64,000 nt of DNA from Raja brachyura (Eukaryota): the NCBI GenBank assembly GCA_963514005.1, contig OY740792.1, positions 18,786,001 to 18,850,000 on the forward strand, read 5' to 3'. Position 1 is the stretch's first letter, and each line of letters opens with the position of its first letter. Position numbers and translations under genes: made by a program. A model generated the notes under the pieces. That model did no database searches and was not told where the DNA came from. It worked only from the letters and a program-made list of their open reading frames with translations. Positions 12,560 through 25,508 of this stretch are shown one piece after another.

Positions 12560-12748
12560 CAAAAGGTCACAAATGCTGGAGTAACTCAGCAGCTCAGGCA
12601 GCGTGTCTGGAGAACATGGATAGATGATGTTTCACGTCGAGCCCCTTCTTCATGTTCTCCAAAGATGCTGCCTGACCTGTTGAGCTACCCCAGCACTTTT
12701 TTGTCCTTTTGTGTATTAACCAGCAATTGCAGATCTTTGTTTCTACAT
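12560..12748. mobile_element. Inverted pair of Penelope-derived repeats
   Basis: GCTGGAGTAACTCAGC...GGAGAACAT followed by its inverse ATGTTCTCC...GAGCTACCCCAGC. Confidence 0.75.
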
Positions 12749-14399
12749 GTATTCCCCGAGTGGTTCTTGAACGCACAAATCTGACTCACAGGCAAGAAAG
12801 TTGAGCTAAGCCCTCCTTTACTGATTGGTATAAATAAGAGAAAAATCAATATCAATGTGAATTTCTAGCAAAATGGATGACCAGCAGGTATTGTACAAGT
12901 TTCACTGTGTAATCAAAATTCAACGTATCACAAGAACACCAAAATTAGGTACAATCACAAGTGGCATTACAATTTCTCACAGTACTGCTCTCCTTTCAAG
13001 TTTTTTTCAAGTACAACATGTCTCCATTGTATTTTTCCATTCCCTTCTTAAAGCCTTGGAGCTAGATGCAGCACAATGATGAATGTGAGGGTCAGTCAAG
13101 TATTGTTGATGATTGCTGTTCTTGTTGGAAACGCAAGGTCACAGGATGAATTTCCTTTGAAAAAACCCACTATGTCTGCTCCAGTCAAATTCCAAAAGTA
13201 ATTAGTTGCTGCTGCCATTTGCTACAAATGAGAGCAAGGGTGCTCGCAACATGGGAGCATTGGCAGCCTAGTCGGAACACTGCAGAGTTTAAACTGTGTG
13301 AGAATGGAGGCAGTGTTTTTAAAGAGTGTTTTGGAAAGATAACAACCAAAAATATCTCAACTGCCAGGGGCTGTGACTGAGGTGCAGGAGACAGCAGAGG
13401 AAAGCTTAAGTAGGATCAGCTAAAAAGATGTGAACGGATTCCCAAAAGATTGGACACAAATTAAAGAAACAAGGTTTGAAGCCATCCCAGATTAATGAAC
13501 GACAGAATCTTTGCTGCATGAACACAGAACATAGAACAGTACAGCACTAGGAACTTGCCCTACAGCCGAACCTAATGCCAAGTTAAACCTTTGCTGAACT
13601 TGCTATTATGTTAAAACGATTTTAACAAGGAATGTAATATTTTTTTAAATTGTGATTTAAAAATAGAAACAAATCAAGTATTCACCACAGGAGTATAAAA
13701 CCTGTCTAAAGCATTCCCAAAATTATGAATTCACAATATGATCTGTCGTTTAAGATTTATTTATGTAAACATTTTAAAACATTTTTATTTACATTTACTC
13801 CTCTGCATATTTTGTGCATGAAACATATAACAAGATTTAGAGCAGATCATAGTTTACAGTGATTACATTGTAAACACATATTAATAGGCACTTGGATGCT
13901 TGCATTTTGACAGGCATTCCCAGTCTGTTACAAAATGTATTCCCTCTACTCCGCACGTGCAATAATAATGGAAACCCATGTAATCTATTAAACTAGGGTT
14001 AAGATATATTAAGCAGAAAACCATGGTTTAAATCTGCTTCAATATACTTTTAAATTAATTTGGCCCAAAAATTCTATCTGGCAGATCAATGATTTTGTCA
14101 GCTCAATGCTGGTATTTTATCAAATGCGTCATTACTAAAACCTTTTGCAGAATAGATTGCGAGAGATTTTGATATTAAGTGAGGAATACTGGGTTAATGC
14201 AGGAAAGTGAGGATGTGTGAAATGATTAGTCATGATCTTATTGAGTGGCTCGATGGATGCTTCTTTTCTCGGGTGATTGGGGATTTGAAACATGGGTTGC
14301 AATATTCAGAAAATCTGTTCCATGACTGGTGTGCAAACAGCATGCATACAAATAAAGCCTCTAATCATGCACATTAATATCAAATGATGTACGCCCTAC

Positions 14400-17300
14400 A
14401 GTAGTTCTGGAGGAAGATGGGATGGTGTTGGGTAGACTGATGGAACTGAAGTTTGATAAATCCCCTGGGCTTGATGGTCTGTATCCCAGGGTACTTAAGG
14501 AAGTGGCTCTAGAAATTATGGACGCATTGGTGATCATCCCAATGTTCTCGAGATTCAGGATCAGTTCCTGTGAATTGGAGGGTAGCTAATGTTATCCCAC
14601 ATTTTAAGATGGGAGAAAGAAAACAGGGAATTATGGACCAGTTAGCCTGACATTGGTGGTGGGAAGATGTTGGAGTCAATTATAAAAGATGAAATAGCGG
14701 CACATTTGGATAGGAGTAACAGGATCGGTCCGAGTCAGCATGGATTTACGAAGGGGAAATCATGCTTGACTAATCTTCTGGAATTTTTTGAGGATGTAAC
14801 TAGGAAAATGGACAAGGGTGAGCCTGTGGATGTAGTGTACTTGGGCTTTCAGAAAGCCTTTGATAAGGATCCACATAGGATATTATTGGGCAAAATTAGA
14901 GCACATCGTATTGGGGGTAAGGTACTGACATGGATAGAAAATTGGTTGGCAGACAGGAAACGAAGAGTAGGGATTAACTGGTCCCTTACAGAATGGCAGG
15001 CAGTGACTAGTGGGGTACCGCAAGGCTTGGTGCTGGGACCGCAGCCATTTACAATATACATTAATGATTTAGATGAAGGGATTGTAAGAAAGGTGGATGA
15101 ACTTAGAGCCTGGATTGACACCTGGAAATATGATGTTGTGTCAATCAGTGAAACATGGTTGCGGGAGTTGTGATTGGAAACTAAATATTTCAGGATTTCG
15201 TTGCTTCAGGTGTGATAGAATTGGAGGGACCAGAGGTGGAGGGGTTACATTGCTTGTCAGAGAAGATATTACAGCAGTGCTTTGGCAGGATAGATTAGAG
15301 GGCTCCTCTCGGGAGGCTATTTGGGTGGAACTGAGAAGTGGAAACGGTGTAGCAACACTTTTAGGGGTGTATTATAGACCGCCAAATGGGGAGCGAGAAT
15401 TGGAAGAGCTAATATGTAAGGAGATAGCAGATATTAGTAGTAAGCACAAGGTAGTGATTGTGGGAGATTTCAATTTTCCAAAAATAGACTGGGAAACACA
15501 TTCTGTAAATGGGCTGGATGGTTTGGAGTTTGTTAAATGTGTGCAGGATAGTTTTTTGCAGCAATACATAGAGGTATCGACCAGAGAAGGGGCAGTGCTG
15601 GACCTCCTGTTAGGAAATGAGGCAGGTCAGGTAACGGAGGTATGCGTTGGTGAACACTTCGGGACCAGTGATCACAATACCATTAGTTTCAATATAATTA
15701 TGGAGAGAGTCAGAACTGGATCTAGGATTGAGATTTTTGATTGGAGAAAGGCTAACTTTGAGGGAATGCGTAATGATTTAAAAGGAGTGAATTGGGACAT
15801 TTTGTTTTCTGGGAAGGATGTAGAAGACAAATGGAGGACATTTAAAGGGAAAATTGTAAGAGTACAGAATCTTTATGTCCCTGTTTGGTTGAAAGGAAAT
15901 AGTAAAAATCGGAAAGAGCCATGGTTTTCAAGGGAAATTGGACACTTGGTTCGAAAAAAGAGAGATATCTACAATAATTATAGGAGGCATGGAATAAATG
16001 AGGTGCTAGATGAGTATAAGGAATGTAAAAAGAATCTTAAGAAAGAAATAAGAAAAGCTAAAAGAAGATATGAGGTTGCTTTGGCAAGAAAGGTGAAAGT
16101 AAATCCAAAGGGTTTCTACAGCTATATTAATAGCAAAAGGATAACGAGGGATAAAATTGGATCATTAGAGAGCCACAATGGACAGCTATCTGCAGAGCCA
16201 AAAGAGATGGGGGAGATATTGAACAATTTAGTTACTTAGGTATTCACCAAGGAGAAGGATATTGAACTCTGTGAGGTAAGGGAAAAAAGTAGAGTAGCTA
16301 TGGAAACTATGAGATTCAAAGACGAGGAAGTACTGATACTTTTGAAAAATATAAAAGTGGATAAGTCTCCAGGTCCAGACAGGATATTCCCTAAGACATT
16401 GAGGGAAGTTAGTGTAGAAATAGCAGGGGCTATGACAGAAATATTTCAGATGTCATTAGAAACGGGAATAGTGCCGGAGGATTGGGGTACTGCGCATGTT
16501 GTTCCATTGTTTAAAAAGGGGTCAAAGAATAAACCTAGCAATTATAGACCTGTTAGTTTGACGTCAGTGGTGGGCAAATTAATGGAAAGGATACTTAAAG
16601 ATAATATATATAAGCATCTGGATAAACAGGGTCTGATCAAGAACAGTCAACATGGATTTGTGCCTGGGAAGTCATGTTTAACAAACCTTCTTGAATTTTT
16701 TGAAGAGGTTACTAGGGAAATTGATGAGGGTAAAGCAGTGGATGTTGTCTATATGGATTTCAGTAAGGCCTTTGACAAGGTTCCCCATGGAAGGTTGGTT
16801 AAGAAGGTTCAATCTTTGGGTGTTAATGGCGGAGTAGCAAGATGGATTCAACAGTGGCTGAATGGGAGATGACAGAGAGTAATGGTGGATGGCTGTTTGT
16901 CAGGTTGGAAGCCGGTGACCAGTGGGGTGCCTCAGGGATCGGTGTTGGGTCCACTGTTGTTTGTCATGTACATCAATGATCTAGATGATGGGGTGGAAAA
17001 TTGGATAAGTAAGTATGCAGATGATACTAAGATAGGGGGTGCTGTGGATAATGAAGTAGATTTTCAAAGTCTACAGAGAGGTTTGGGCCATTTGGAAGAG
17101 TGGGCTGAAAGATGGCAGATGGAGTTTAATGCTGATAAGTGTGAGGTGCTACATCTTGGCAGGACAAATCAAAATAGGACGTACATGGTAAATGGTAGGG
17201 AATTGAGGAATGCTCAATTGAGCATTGAGGAACAGCGGGATCTAGGAATAACTGTGCATTGTTCCCTGAAGGTGGAATCGCATGTAGATAGGGTGGTAAA

Positions 17301-18047
17301 GAAAGCTTTTGGTGTGCTGGCCTTTATAAATCAGAGCATTGAATATAGGAGTAGGGAAATAATGTTAAAATTGTACAAGGCATTGGTAAGACCAATTCTG
17401 GAGTATGGTGTACAATTTTGGTCACCTAATTATAGGAAGGATGTCAACAAAATAGAGAGAGTACATAGGAGATTTACTAGAATGTTGCCTGGGTTCCAGC
17501 AACTAAGTTACAGAGAAAGGTTGAACAAGTTAGGTCTTTATTCTTTGGAGTGCAGAAGGTTAAGGGGGGACTTGATTGAGGTCTTTAAAATGATGAAAGG
17601 GATAGACAGAGTTGACGTGGATAAGCTTTTCCCATTGAGGGTAGGAAAGATTCAAACAAGAGGGCAAGACATGAGAATTAAGGGACAGAAGTTTAGGGGT
17701 AACATGAGGGGGAACTTCTTTACTCAGACAGTGGTGGCTGTGTGGAATGATCTTCCTGCAGAAGTGGTGGAGGCAGGATCGATTTTAACATTTAAAAGTA
17801 AAGTGGATAGGTATATGGACGGGAAGGGAATGGAGGGGTATGGTCTGAGTGCAGGTAGATGGGACTAGGGGAAAATAAATGGTCGGCACGGACTGGAAGG
17901 GCCGAGAAGGCCTGTTTCCGTGCTGTTATATTAAAAGTTACATTAGCAAATTTGCAGGTGACACAAAGCTGGGTGGAAAAGTGATCTGTGAGGAGGATGC
18001 TATGAGGATGCAGGGTGAGTTGGACAGGTTGGGAGAGTGGGCAGAGG
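14400..18047 (+). mobile_element. Older CR1 RT fragment (14400-15083 and 17930-18047) split by a younger CR1
   Basis: Reading IYINDLDEGI resumes as KSYISKFAGDTKLGG after the insert. Confidence 0.85.
15081..17932 (+). mobile_element. Young CR1 LINE, 5'-truncated within the endonuclease; ORF2 pseudogene
   Basis: Close paralog of 1-2900. Frameshift ~15165, stops at ~16237 and 16870. ATT shared at both junctions. Confidence 0.93.
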
Positions 18048-18049
18048 CA

Positions 18050-20215
18050 ACATATTCCTGTTTGGGTGAAGAGGAAACCCCTGCAAGTTCAGGAAAATTT
18101 GGTTGATGAAAGATTTTGAAGTTCTGGTCAAGAAAAAGGAGGCAGCATACGTCAGATTTAGGAGGTTGGAATCAAGTGACTCTCTTTGAGTATTGGTCGT
18201 GTAAATTTATAAGGCAACAGAAGGACAAGAAGAGGACAGATTTTGCAGGTGAATTAAGCATAAATGGTGGCTAGGGAAAGAATATGTCTTCTTAAAGATC
18301 AGCATGGCCCTTTTTGTGTAGAGCCAAGAGAGATAGAGGAGATATTACATGAATATTTCTCTTCCATTTTTACTGCGGAAAGATAATTAAAGCTAAGTAA
18401 TTTTTGATCATTTGAGAATTATCAGTATTGGCAATTTTAAAGTGTATCCTCAGTATCCTAGCTTCTTTGTGGGAAGTTAAGGAGGAAATTACAGAGGCAG
18501 TTTCCTAGATATTTGCATCAGAGATATTGGTGGAATTTGGGAGAATGGAGGGTTGCAAATATTGTACCGTTATTTAAGATGGGTAGCAAGGTCAAGCCGG
18601 GGAACTACAGGCCAGTGAGCCCCACCTCAGTGAAGTCATCAACATCAGTTGTTGGAGGAGATTCTTAGGGACAGGATCTACCAGCATTTCGATAAGCATT
18701 GACTACCCCTCTAAGAGGCAGACTGCACGGAGCAGATGCAACCTGAAGCTGCATGGAGGGGTGGAGCAGCAGTGGAGGACGCTAACAGCTCCACTTGACC
18801 AGGACAATCCTGCAATACTATCAGCACAATGGCCTATGTTGAGTTAAGAACTCAGTCCAGGTTAAGAACTGTGCACTTATATCAACTAAAATCTGGCGAC
18901 TCTTGTATACTGTCTCAGTGTATTATTCATACATACTTGTACTGCATCTAAGATGTGCTTTTGTATGTATCGTAACCATTTTACTGGACTATATGCATAA
19001 AAGAATTTGACTGCACCTCAGTACATGTGACAATAAAAAGTACCATTGATTAGGAATAGTCAGCATGGTTTTATGCATGGGAAATCACGTCTCCATGTTG
19101 TCCAAGGAATTTTAAATGTTAAATGGAATTTAACACTGACAAGTGAAACATAGAAACATAGAAAATAGATGTAGGAGTAGGCCATTCGACACCGAGCCAG
19201 CACCGCCATTCAATATGATAATGGCTGATCATCCAGAATCAGTACCCCGTTCATGCTTTCTCCCCTTATCCCTTGATTCCGTTAGTTATATCTAACTCTC
19301 TCTTGAATACATCCAGTGAATTGCCCTGTTGCTGAGAATTCCACAGATTCACAACTCTCTGATTGAAAAAGTTTTTCCTCATCTCCGTCCTAAAGTGTAA
19401 AATGGTACACTTCGGTGGAAACCAGGACAGGACTTGCACAGTAAATATTAGAACCCTGGAGAAAGTCAAAAAACAGATAGATCTGGGAGTCAAGGTGCAT
19501 GGTTCCCCAGAAGTGGCTGGTCAGGTGGATAGGTAGTGAAGAAGGTATTCGGTATGCTTGCCTTCATTGAGAAGCATATTGAGCACAAAAGTTGGGACAT
19601 CATGATACAGCTGTTAAAATCATTGGTTAGACCACACTTAGAATAATCCGATATCTCAGCTGTAGAAAGGATATCATTAATTTGGAAAAGGTGGAGAAGA
19701 TATTTACTGGGATATTACCTCAGTTTGTGGGCTTGAGTTAGAGGAAGAGGTTGGATAGGATGCAACTTTTTTTCCCTAGGACCTCGTGTCGACCATGCTA
19801 CGAGTAGGAGGTGAGGGCCAAAACTTGCCAATTAGGTCGCCGCAGTGGGACAGCCCCTTAAGGAGAGATCTTATTGAGGTGTAACAAGATCATGAGGAGC
19901 ATGAACAGAATGAACATTTGTGGTCTTCTACCCAGGGTAGAGGATATTAAAACTAAAACTCATAGGGTTAAGATGAGAGTGGAGAGATTTAAGAGGAACT
20001 TCAGCAGCAACTTTTTCACTTAGATGGGTAGCCCATATCTGGAATAAGTTAGAGAAAGCGATAGAAGCGGATACAATGATGACTTCTGGACAGGAAGAGT
20101 TGAGAGCACTCCAGGCGAAATTCGGACAAATGGGACTAGCCAAGAATGCCAACATGGTCAGCTTGAAGGAGTTGGGCAGAGGGGCATGTTTCTGCGCTGT
20201 CTATTACTATAAGAT
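18050..20215 (+). mobile_element. Old decayed CR1, interrupted by 18703-19049 and by a minus-strand CR1 3' end (~19148-19395)
   Basis: Degenerate GNYRPVS, SQHGF and LVRPHLE motifs; 3' UTR at ~20130-20215. Confidence 0.7.
18703..19049 (+). mobile_element. Non-coding retroelement with Rex1-like 3' tail
   Basis: Flanked by CATTGA direct repeats. Ends ...GTACATGTGACAATAAA. Body matches ~51500-51830. Confidence 0.6.
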
Positions 20216-21645
20216 TCTATATGCTGACATTATTTCTTCAAATTTATTCTGTGCATTGGTCCAGACCACTTAACTGAAAGAGTCCCAAGTCAGGAATTGA
20301 GTCCCATTTTAGTGAAATGTAAAATCGCCTAACCTTATATGCTTGACCTCCAGAGATCCAAGACTTCCATTATCCCCCCCCCCCCCTCACCTTTCCACAC
20401 ATTAACAAATTGCAACCTGATCCTTGTTCAATTGCCCCACTCCTTCCTTTATCTCAGCTAGATCCACACACCTGCCCCAGTGTCAACGATCTCTGTCTCC
20501 GAAGACTGCATCTTTCACCTGCCTTGCAGTCCCAGATGCATACATGGATGGACTGCCTAGTTTCTCTATTCATACACAGTGCATCCAAAATATAGCACTA
20601 AGCTGCCTCTAACATGCAACCTCTTGGGAGATGCAGCAATTGGCATTGCCACAAATTGTTATCTTACAGCCACTGGACTATACACATTCTATGTACACCA
20701 TCCTACTATATGCATCCTAGATTGTGTACACATCAAGATGTAGATAGGTGTACATCTGACAAAGGAGATCTTTGTTCACACAAAATGTGTGAAACCTCTT
20801 TCATTACCATGTCCTATGGGGCATCGTATGCGGTAGAATTTCCTTGCTGGGGACTGTAAACAAAATTGGTAAATGTTAGCACACGTTTTTTTAGATGCTG
20901 TAGAATTCCAAGCTCATTATTTCCCCACAAGCTTCTTATACAGCAACCGCAACGTTGTTCTGCCACTACATGCTTTCTTTATGCTTTATATTTAAACAGA
21001 ACTAATCTGAAATAAATCCTTAAGTGATGACAGAACTGAAGATTATACTTTTGTTTCATTAGTCCTGTCACCTAAAATAAACAGTGAATTAAATGAGAAC
21101 TTACAGCCTTCTCTGGTTCATTATTGTCCATATTATTCATATTATTCTAGACCATGCTTCCCTTGAAAAGATGTTTTGAAGCTCTGCTCCTATTTTGCAT
21201 TCTTCTTGTGTTCCAGCATCTATCTGGAGCTTGCACACACCTTAAAAATTGTCTTGTGCTTAGTTATCATTCGTCAAATCTAAAACCACGCAGCAGCCGA
21301 GACAGAGGAAAGCAGCAGGATATAATATGATTAACAGTAATTGTTAAAAGATTATGGGAGACATATGTTGATCCTGAACAAAGAGCCTCTGATTCTCAAA
21401 TTGAGCACTCAGGCACTGATGTGCATGAGTGTTGCAAAATCCATCATTGGATTGTAATTCTTTCTGCTCAAATGCCACACAACAGTAGCTGCTGTGTTTC
21501 AATTGATGGGATCACTCCCAGAGTACATCTTTCACCTGCCTAGTATCACTCCTTCTCTATCCACACATGGCACATCCAAATATAGCATTAAGCTGCCTCT
21601 TACATGCAATCTCTTGGGCGATACAGCAATGGCTGATGGAGCCAT

Positions 21646-21850
21646 CATAGACAATAGACAATAGGTGCAGGTGTATGCCATTTGGCCCTTCGAGCCAGCA
21701 CCGCCATTCAATGTGATCATGGCTGATCGTCCCCAATCAGTATCCCGTTCCTGCCTTCTCAGCTATTTTTAAGAGCCCTATCTACCTCTCTCTTGAAAGC
21801 ATCCAGAGAACTTGCCTCCACCACCCTCTGAGGCAGAGAATTCCACAGAC
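21646..21850 (-). mobile_element. CR1 3'-end fragment
   Basis: (TAGACAA)n tail plus GGCCCTTCGAGCCAGCACCGCCATTCAA. Confidence 0.85.
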
Positions 21851-21904
21851 ATGGCCCAAAAATGGCACGGACCATTCAAAGGTATTTGTGTAGATCAGTA
21901 GAAT

Positions 21905-21985
21905 GATGCAGAAAGCTGGAGTAACTCAGCGGGTCAGGCAGCATCTCTAGAGTAAAGGAATAGGTGATGGTACAGGCCGAGACCT
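21905..21985 (-). mobile_element. Penelope-derived repeat fragment
   Basis: GCTGGAGTAACTCAGCGGGTCAGGCAGCATCTCT. Confidence 0.7.
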
Positions 21986-22320
21986 TGGGACTCATGATAT
22001 GTAGATCAACAACCAGGTCAAAAATATGTTAAATCGGCAAAGGTTTTATTTAATTATGTAATATGCAGAATTATTTAAGCTCTTAGTCTTTGTGCACTTC
22101 AGAAGGTATGTAATAAATTAAAGTGTTTTTAAAAGTGAATGTAGTAATTTCATTCTGGCATCCTCTGACATGAAAGAGCTTCCCTTAACAAGAGGAAATA
22201 ATCAATATTTAGTCTCAAAATAACCCACAATTAGACTATGTTATTTTAGGCAGGTAGTATCATACAGCTTCACCTTAATTTTCTAGGTTACAAGCAGCGT
22301 AATATTTGACTTCACCAAAG

Positions 22321-22402
22321 ACATAGAAAGCATAGAAAATAGGTGCAGGAGGAGGCCATTCGGCCCTTCGAGCCAGCACCGCCATTCATTGTGATCTTGG
22401 CG
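22321..22402 (-). mobile_element. CR1 3'-tail fragment
   Basis: CATAGAAA tail plus conserved 3' UTR. Confidence 0.8.
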
Positions 22403-23583
22403 GTGAACATGTTCGTGAAAAAAAATTAAAAAATGGAGGGTCTAACTATAATATCTAAGAAGTGAGTTGAGGAAAAATAGTACAGTGCTTGACCCAACGG
22501 TGAGGTTTGCAGAAACATTTGTTTGAAGAAATTATGTGTTGAAGGACACTGAGCATTCAATGAAAGAATACTACACATGCTCAACACTCCGCCATTCTAT
22601 AACTATCAAAAACGTATTTAATACAAGACAGCTTAATAAAATTGAATTATTTCCCTTAGATATTTATCGTGGCATTATGATATTCTCAACAGAATAGGCC
22701 CATTTGCGCTGAGTCTATTATATTAATTGTTATACAGAATTGAACAACAAATCATTACCGATCAGTCCTGGGAGTTGAGAATAGACAGGTACACAGAACT
22801 AATGCTCCTCATAGCTTATTTCTATTGTTGAATTTATGTTTCAAAGCAACAGTAATAATTATTCATGTTCACGTAAAGTGCTGTCGCCCATCATTCTCAC
22901 ATCTATTGATGAATAAAGGGAAAAGAAAAATACAAGGGATCTCTTTGATATCTCAGCACTGCATTTTAATGTCTTAATTGCATACGCATTTGTGAATTAA
23001 TTTTATAAATTATGTTTGCTAAATCCAACATAGTGCTAACAGCCTAGGGGGAAAATATCAATAAAATATCCCTGAGATATATTGTGGCATCCTAAATGTC
23101 AAAGTAAAACAAAGTATAAGTTAAGTGGAGCTGAAGTAGATAGAGAACATACATGAATATAAATACCAACACAAAGTAAATGGGCCAAATGGCCTATTCT
23201 GTCTTATCAAATCTATGTAAGTCTACGCAAATGTCTTCTTGTCACTGAGGTTCACTCAGAAATTGTCTCTGCAGGCACTTAGGTTCAAATTCCTGCAGCA
23301 AGTACCGGAAACTGCAGAATTTGTCACTGGTTGCCACATCACTCAAAAGAATTTGCCGGAATTGTGATAAAATACTCGTGGCCTGCCAACTCCACAAGAT
23401 GCGAGTGATATTTCACCATTGAAACTATTCATTTTTTAAAATAACCATCGGAACTATAGATAAGGATTTTCTTTAACCAGTAACACCCTGCCTATGATTC
23501 TCCTTGGTGAAAAAAGGCTCACCGCATGATACACAACAAAGTTAAGATAAATCAATATTTAGTTTGGATGTTATGTTACATAC

Positions 23584-23700
23584 CTGGAAATAATGTGGTG
23601 TGATGCGAGCACCTTTTAATAAACATCCAGACTTTATTCTCACTGCGTTTTCCATTATCTTAGGGATGGAACCAGTGTTATCTTGAATATCATCCACCAT
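23584..23700 (-). CDS. Possible first coding exon of an unidentified host gene (MVDDIQDNTGSIPKIMENAVRIKSGCLLKGARITPHYFQ)
   Basis: ATG in good Kozak context (GATATGG), in-frame stop upstream, 39 open codons ending at CAG|GTATGT, in unique sequence downstream of a CpG-rich region. No homology recognised. Confidence 0.25.
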
Positions 23701-23929
23701 ATCTTCTTCCTTCTCCCCCAACAGTGTTTCCTCTCATCAGACCAGGAACATTTTCACTCTCTGTACTTCAAATCTGGACTAACCCAACTAAACCGACATT
23801 ATTACACATAAAACTCATTGCTTTATTCCATGATATCTGTGTTTCTAATGGCTGAGTACATGACTGCATCAAAATACAATAGTAAAATACCACACTTATC
23901 TATGGCATATATTCACGCTGTGAGACGGC

Positions 23930-24310
23930 TATCTTATGAGAAAAGATCAAGCAGACAAGGCCTGTGTTGAAATTAGGGGAAGGAGAGGCGATTCTCATTT
24001 AGGTATAAAAAGGTTCTGTGGCATTTATCATGGTAGATACTTTCTCACGGTTAATGAATCGGGAACTAAGGGGCAGAGACGGCATAAGAGGATGCCTGCC
24101 TAAAACTAAGATAGGGAACATTTTCTCCTCATGAGGGACTTCATCAACCTTTGCAATTCTCTTTCCCAGAGAGGTATGGATGCTGGGACATTTAGGGTCC
24201 AAGGTAGATTTTTTTTTTGGACAAGAGCGAAATCAAAAGTTATTGATGGGAAACAGGAAAGTGGAGTTGAAAACCAAAGATCAGAGCATCCGATTGAATG
24301 GGGCAGCAAG
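23930..24310 (+). mobile_element. Old CR1 3' fragment
   Basis: Degenerate LSYEKR..NLCNSLSQR and 3' UTR. Confidence 0.6.
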
Positions 24311-25410
24311 ATTGAATTCGTGGTGCTGCTCCAGGGCCATTCTGAATTCCTGGTGTTTACTGAACATTCCCCGCATATCTGGTGACCAGTTCTATCAGTA
24401 GGGGAATCCTGGATTTGTTTCCAGAGCGGTCGCTGGGTACATTAGCAACATCATAATACCATGGCCCCATCGAGCTTAACATGATAAATGGGTGAAATTC
24501 CATTTAGAAAAGGGTGGAAAGGTGGAATAAATAGGTTGACAATGCGAAGCTATGTTAGTGGTAGAAAAGAAAATGTGAAAATACGACAGCGAATGTTAAA
24601 ATAACTTGTTCCAGGCTAAACGCGTTCTGCCTTTACTCTGCCTTTATCCTCCAGACAGCAAACCGCTGTCGGCGATAAAAAAAAAATAAGTGGGATCTCA
24701 AGAGCGTCGAACTTATCAAAGATGAAGTTCATTTAAATATTTGACACCTCAAAACCAAAGAGCAGCGTTGCCACCGGATATTGCACACGTACCGGTAATA
24801 AGATCAATAATGACACGACTTCGCGGTTCTCTTCTGTGTTTGAGCTCTTTGGAGCGAATTATTTCACTTCCTACTAGTTCACCTCACCACTCACACAGGA
24901 AGCATCTTCTAGCGGCACAGAGTTTGTTCCACGCATTCGTTGAACTGAAACGTACCCACGCTGCATGTGTATTCTCTTTTAGAGAAAACTTCGAACACGA
25001 GGTCCAACCCGGTGGCTCGCTGCTAACGGGAAAGGTGTTCTGACTTATAAATGTACGGTCCCTTGCTGCAGTTAACCCCCTGTGTTCCACCTAGACTTCC
25101 CTGCGTAAAATCGAATTCGCTACAAATCGACTCCCCGTTCTACAATAGCCACTTCCACCAACGCCAGTTCACTTCCCTCGTACAATCAACTTTTGCGTTC
25201 CTCCCGTCTTGGAAAGTTAACGCGTTTGGCCAAAGTGGCCAATATTTCAAAACCGCAGCGTTTTGAAAGAATCCGACAATATATACCGGCAACTTGCACC
25301 ACAACCAGAGAACTACCGGTCAACGAGAGACATGTCCCCTCCACAGCGAGGCGCACAGACAGAGACCTTACACTCAACTGATTAATATTCTGAATATTCT
25401 TATATTAATA

Positions 25411-25508
25411 GTCTGAAGATGGGTCTCGACCCGAAACGCCACATATTCCTTTCCTCCAGCGATGCTACCTGAGTCGCTGAGTTACTCCAGCATCTTGTGT
25501 CAACCTTT
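25411..25508 (+). mobile_element. Penelope-derived repeat with hammerhead motif
   Basis: CTGAAGATGGGTCTCGACCCGAAACGCC. Confidence 0.8.

Noticed and set aside
14667-15173. Novel RT-endonuclease fusion protein
   Set aside because: Junction artefact of nested decayed CR1 copies; frameshifts within ~30 codons.
21105-21280. Minus-strand exon bounded by AG and GTAAGT
   Set aside because: Stops in all three frames; cannot be the coding continuation of 23584-23700.
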